From contig NC_047062.1 of the NCBI RefSeq assembly GCF_902459465.1, positions 22,816,001 to 22,880,000 of the forward strand: a stretch of DNA of 64,000 nucleotides, written 5' to 3'. Below the pieces are notes generated by a model. The model ran no database searches. It was not told where the DNA came from and saw nothing but the letters and a program-made list of their open reading frames with translations. This stretch comes from Asterias rubens. Its lineage: Eukaryota. Positions 62,725 through 64,000 of this stretch are shown here, in pieces. Within the stretch, counting starts at the first letter, position 1, and each line of letters starts with the position of its first letter. Both the position numbers and the translations under genes were made by a program.

Positions 62725-62979
62725 ACGTTGGCACGACATTGGCAAGCGTCAACTCGGTCGCTGTTGGCATACCGTTGTTGTATCGACGTTGGCAAAGGGT
62801 GACAAAGTTTCATATCGGTAACAAAACGTCGGTCCGATGTTTGAAGTGTGTCGGCAAAACCCGTTGTCTTAATAGAAGTTTCATAAGGATTCAGACAAAA
62901 TATTCCTATCAGTCGTCGCCTGACGTCCGCGGATATTCGGATATTAAAGAATATCCGGTTACTTGGTTGTGATTACAGA

Positions 62980-64000
62980 CAGTGTTGTAGGTCTCGAGAC
63001 CAGTTCTGCCGGTCTCGTGTCTCGGTCTCGGTCTCGCCACCCTGTGGTCTCGGTCTTGGTCTCGGTCTCGGACCCTTCTGGTCTCGAATATTTAGCTGGT
63101 CTCGCTTCGAGACCGCCTTTTCTTACCATTAATGCAACACAGGAAATAATTTGTTAAAAGTTTTTCATCGGGTCCGTTGAAATCATGTTGGGGTGCGAGC
63201 TATACACAGGACGTGTTCTTTCCTAACGATTAGTATGTCACTGGAAACTCTACGAACCGTAATGGGAGAGATTGGGAACATCGTGTATTAACCAATAACT
63301 CATACCCAGTGCAACCTTATTAGGGTTCGATCAAATTGAGACCGAGTTTTCAGTGCTGTATACAATGTACTACACGTTAGGAAAGAACACGCTCTGTGTA
63401 TTACGCACTATGTACATGTACATGTACACGTAAAATCACAAACATTGGATTACGGGAATCGCCGCTTGAAAAAAATTGCGTTTCTGAAAATAATAAACAA
63501 AACAATACTTTTAGATCACATTTTCTTCAAATACAACAAGATCCCTGAGCCAGTGAACGGAGAAAAAAATCGCGGCCGATGTATGATGGAAACCAGACCA
63601 ATGTTATGCATGTGTTTTAGAAGCCGCCCGCGTGCCTTCGGTATTTTTTATTTTAATTTGTTTTCGCCCATCAATTTCGTGAGCTCGAAATTCTGTAATC
63701 CCGGTCTTTTTTTTCCCCGATCCTCGCTCATTTTTTGTAGCTTACAAATCCGTAATCCAAGTTATTAAAAAAAAATGGCCTAAACACAATTCCAGCATCC
63801 TCTGCACCGGTGGAAAGAGTTTTCAGTAGGGGTGGCACTATCATGCGCCCGCATCGTGCTAGACTGTCAGCAGAAATGTTGGGCATGCTGATGTTTTTAA
63901 AGTGCAATGAAAAAGTTCTTTAAATTATGCTACAGATAATCAAGGCATTTTTTTTCTTTTTAAGATGTACATTTTTCAACTGACATAATGTACATTTATA
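62980..64000 (+). mobile_element. Internally deleted hAT transposon
   Basis: 5' end CAGTGTTG with GGTCTCG subterminal repeats (62980-63118). hAT dimerization-domain remnant IPASSAPVERVFSRGGTIMRPHRARLSAEMLGMLMFLKCN* at 63789-63923. The 3' TIR probably lies beyond the window. Confidence 0.85.

Overview
This is animal genomic DNA: AT-rich, with GT-AG introns and very dense MITE/SINE content. The repeat landscape looks to me like an echinoderm, probably a sea star, but that cannot be verified here. I assembled six protein-coding genes by hand from splice sites with consistent reading phase: SRSF3/7-like (-), UBXN1 (+, 11 exons), FIBP (-, 10 exons), PRPF39 (-, 16 exons), an SLX4IP-like gene (+, 10 exons) and VIPAS39 (-, 16 exons). 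They include two head-to-head pairs. The right 4.5 kb is a stack of foldback elements, a 148-bp satellite and a hAT remnant. Four observations stand out. (1) The SLX4IP-like protein appears to carry a C-terminal helical domain resembling the MUM1/EXPAND1 (PWWP3A) C-terminus. (2) PRPF39 has an N-terminal SAP domain and a long Y/Q/G/P tail. (3) PRPF39 has two candidate poison exons and an in-frame cassette exon that would split its bipartite NLS. (4) A Penelope-type repeat carries a minimal hammerhead-like motif. All orthology calls rest on motifs I recall from the human proteins, not on database searches.
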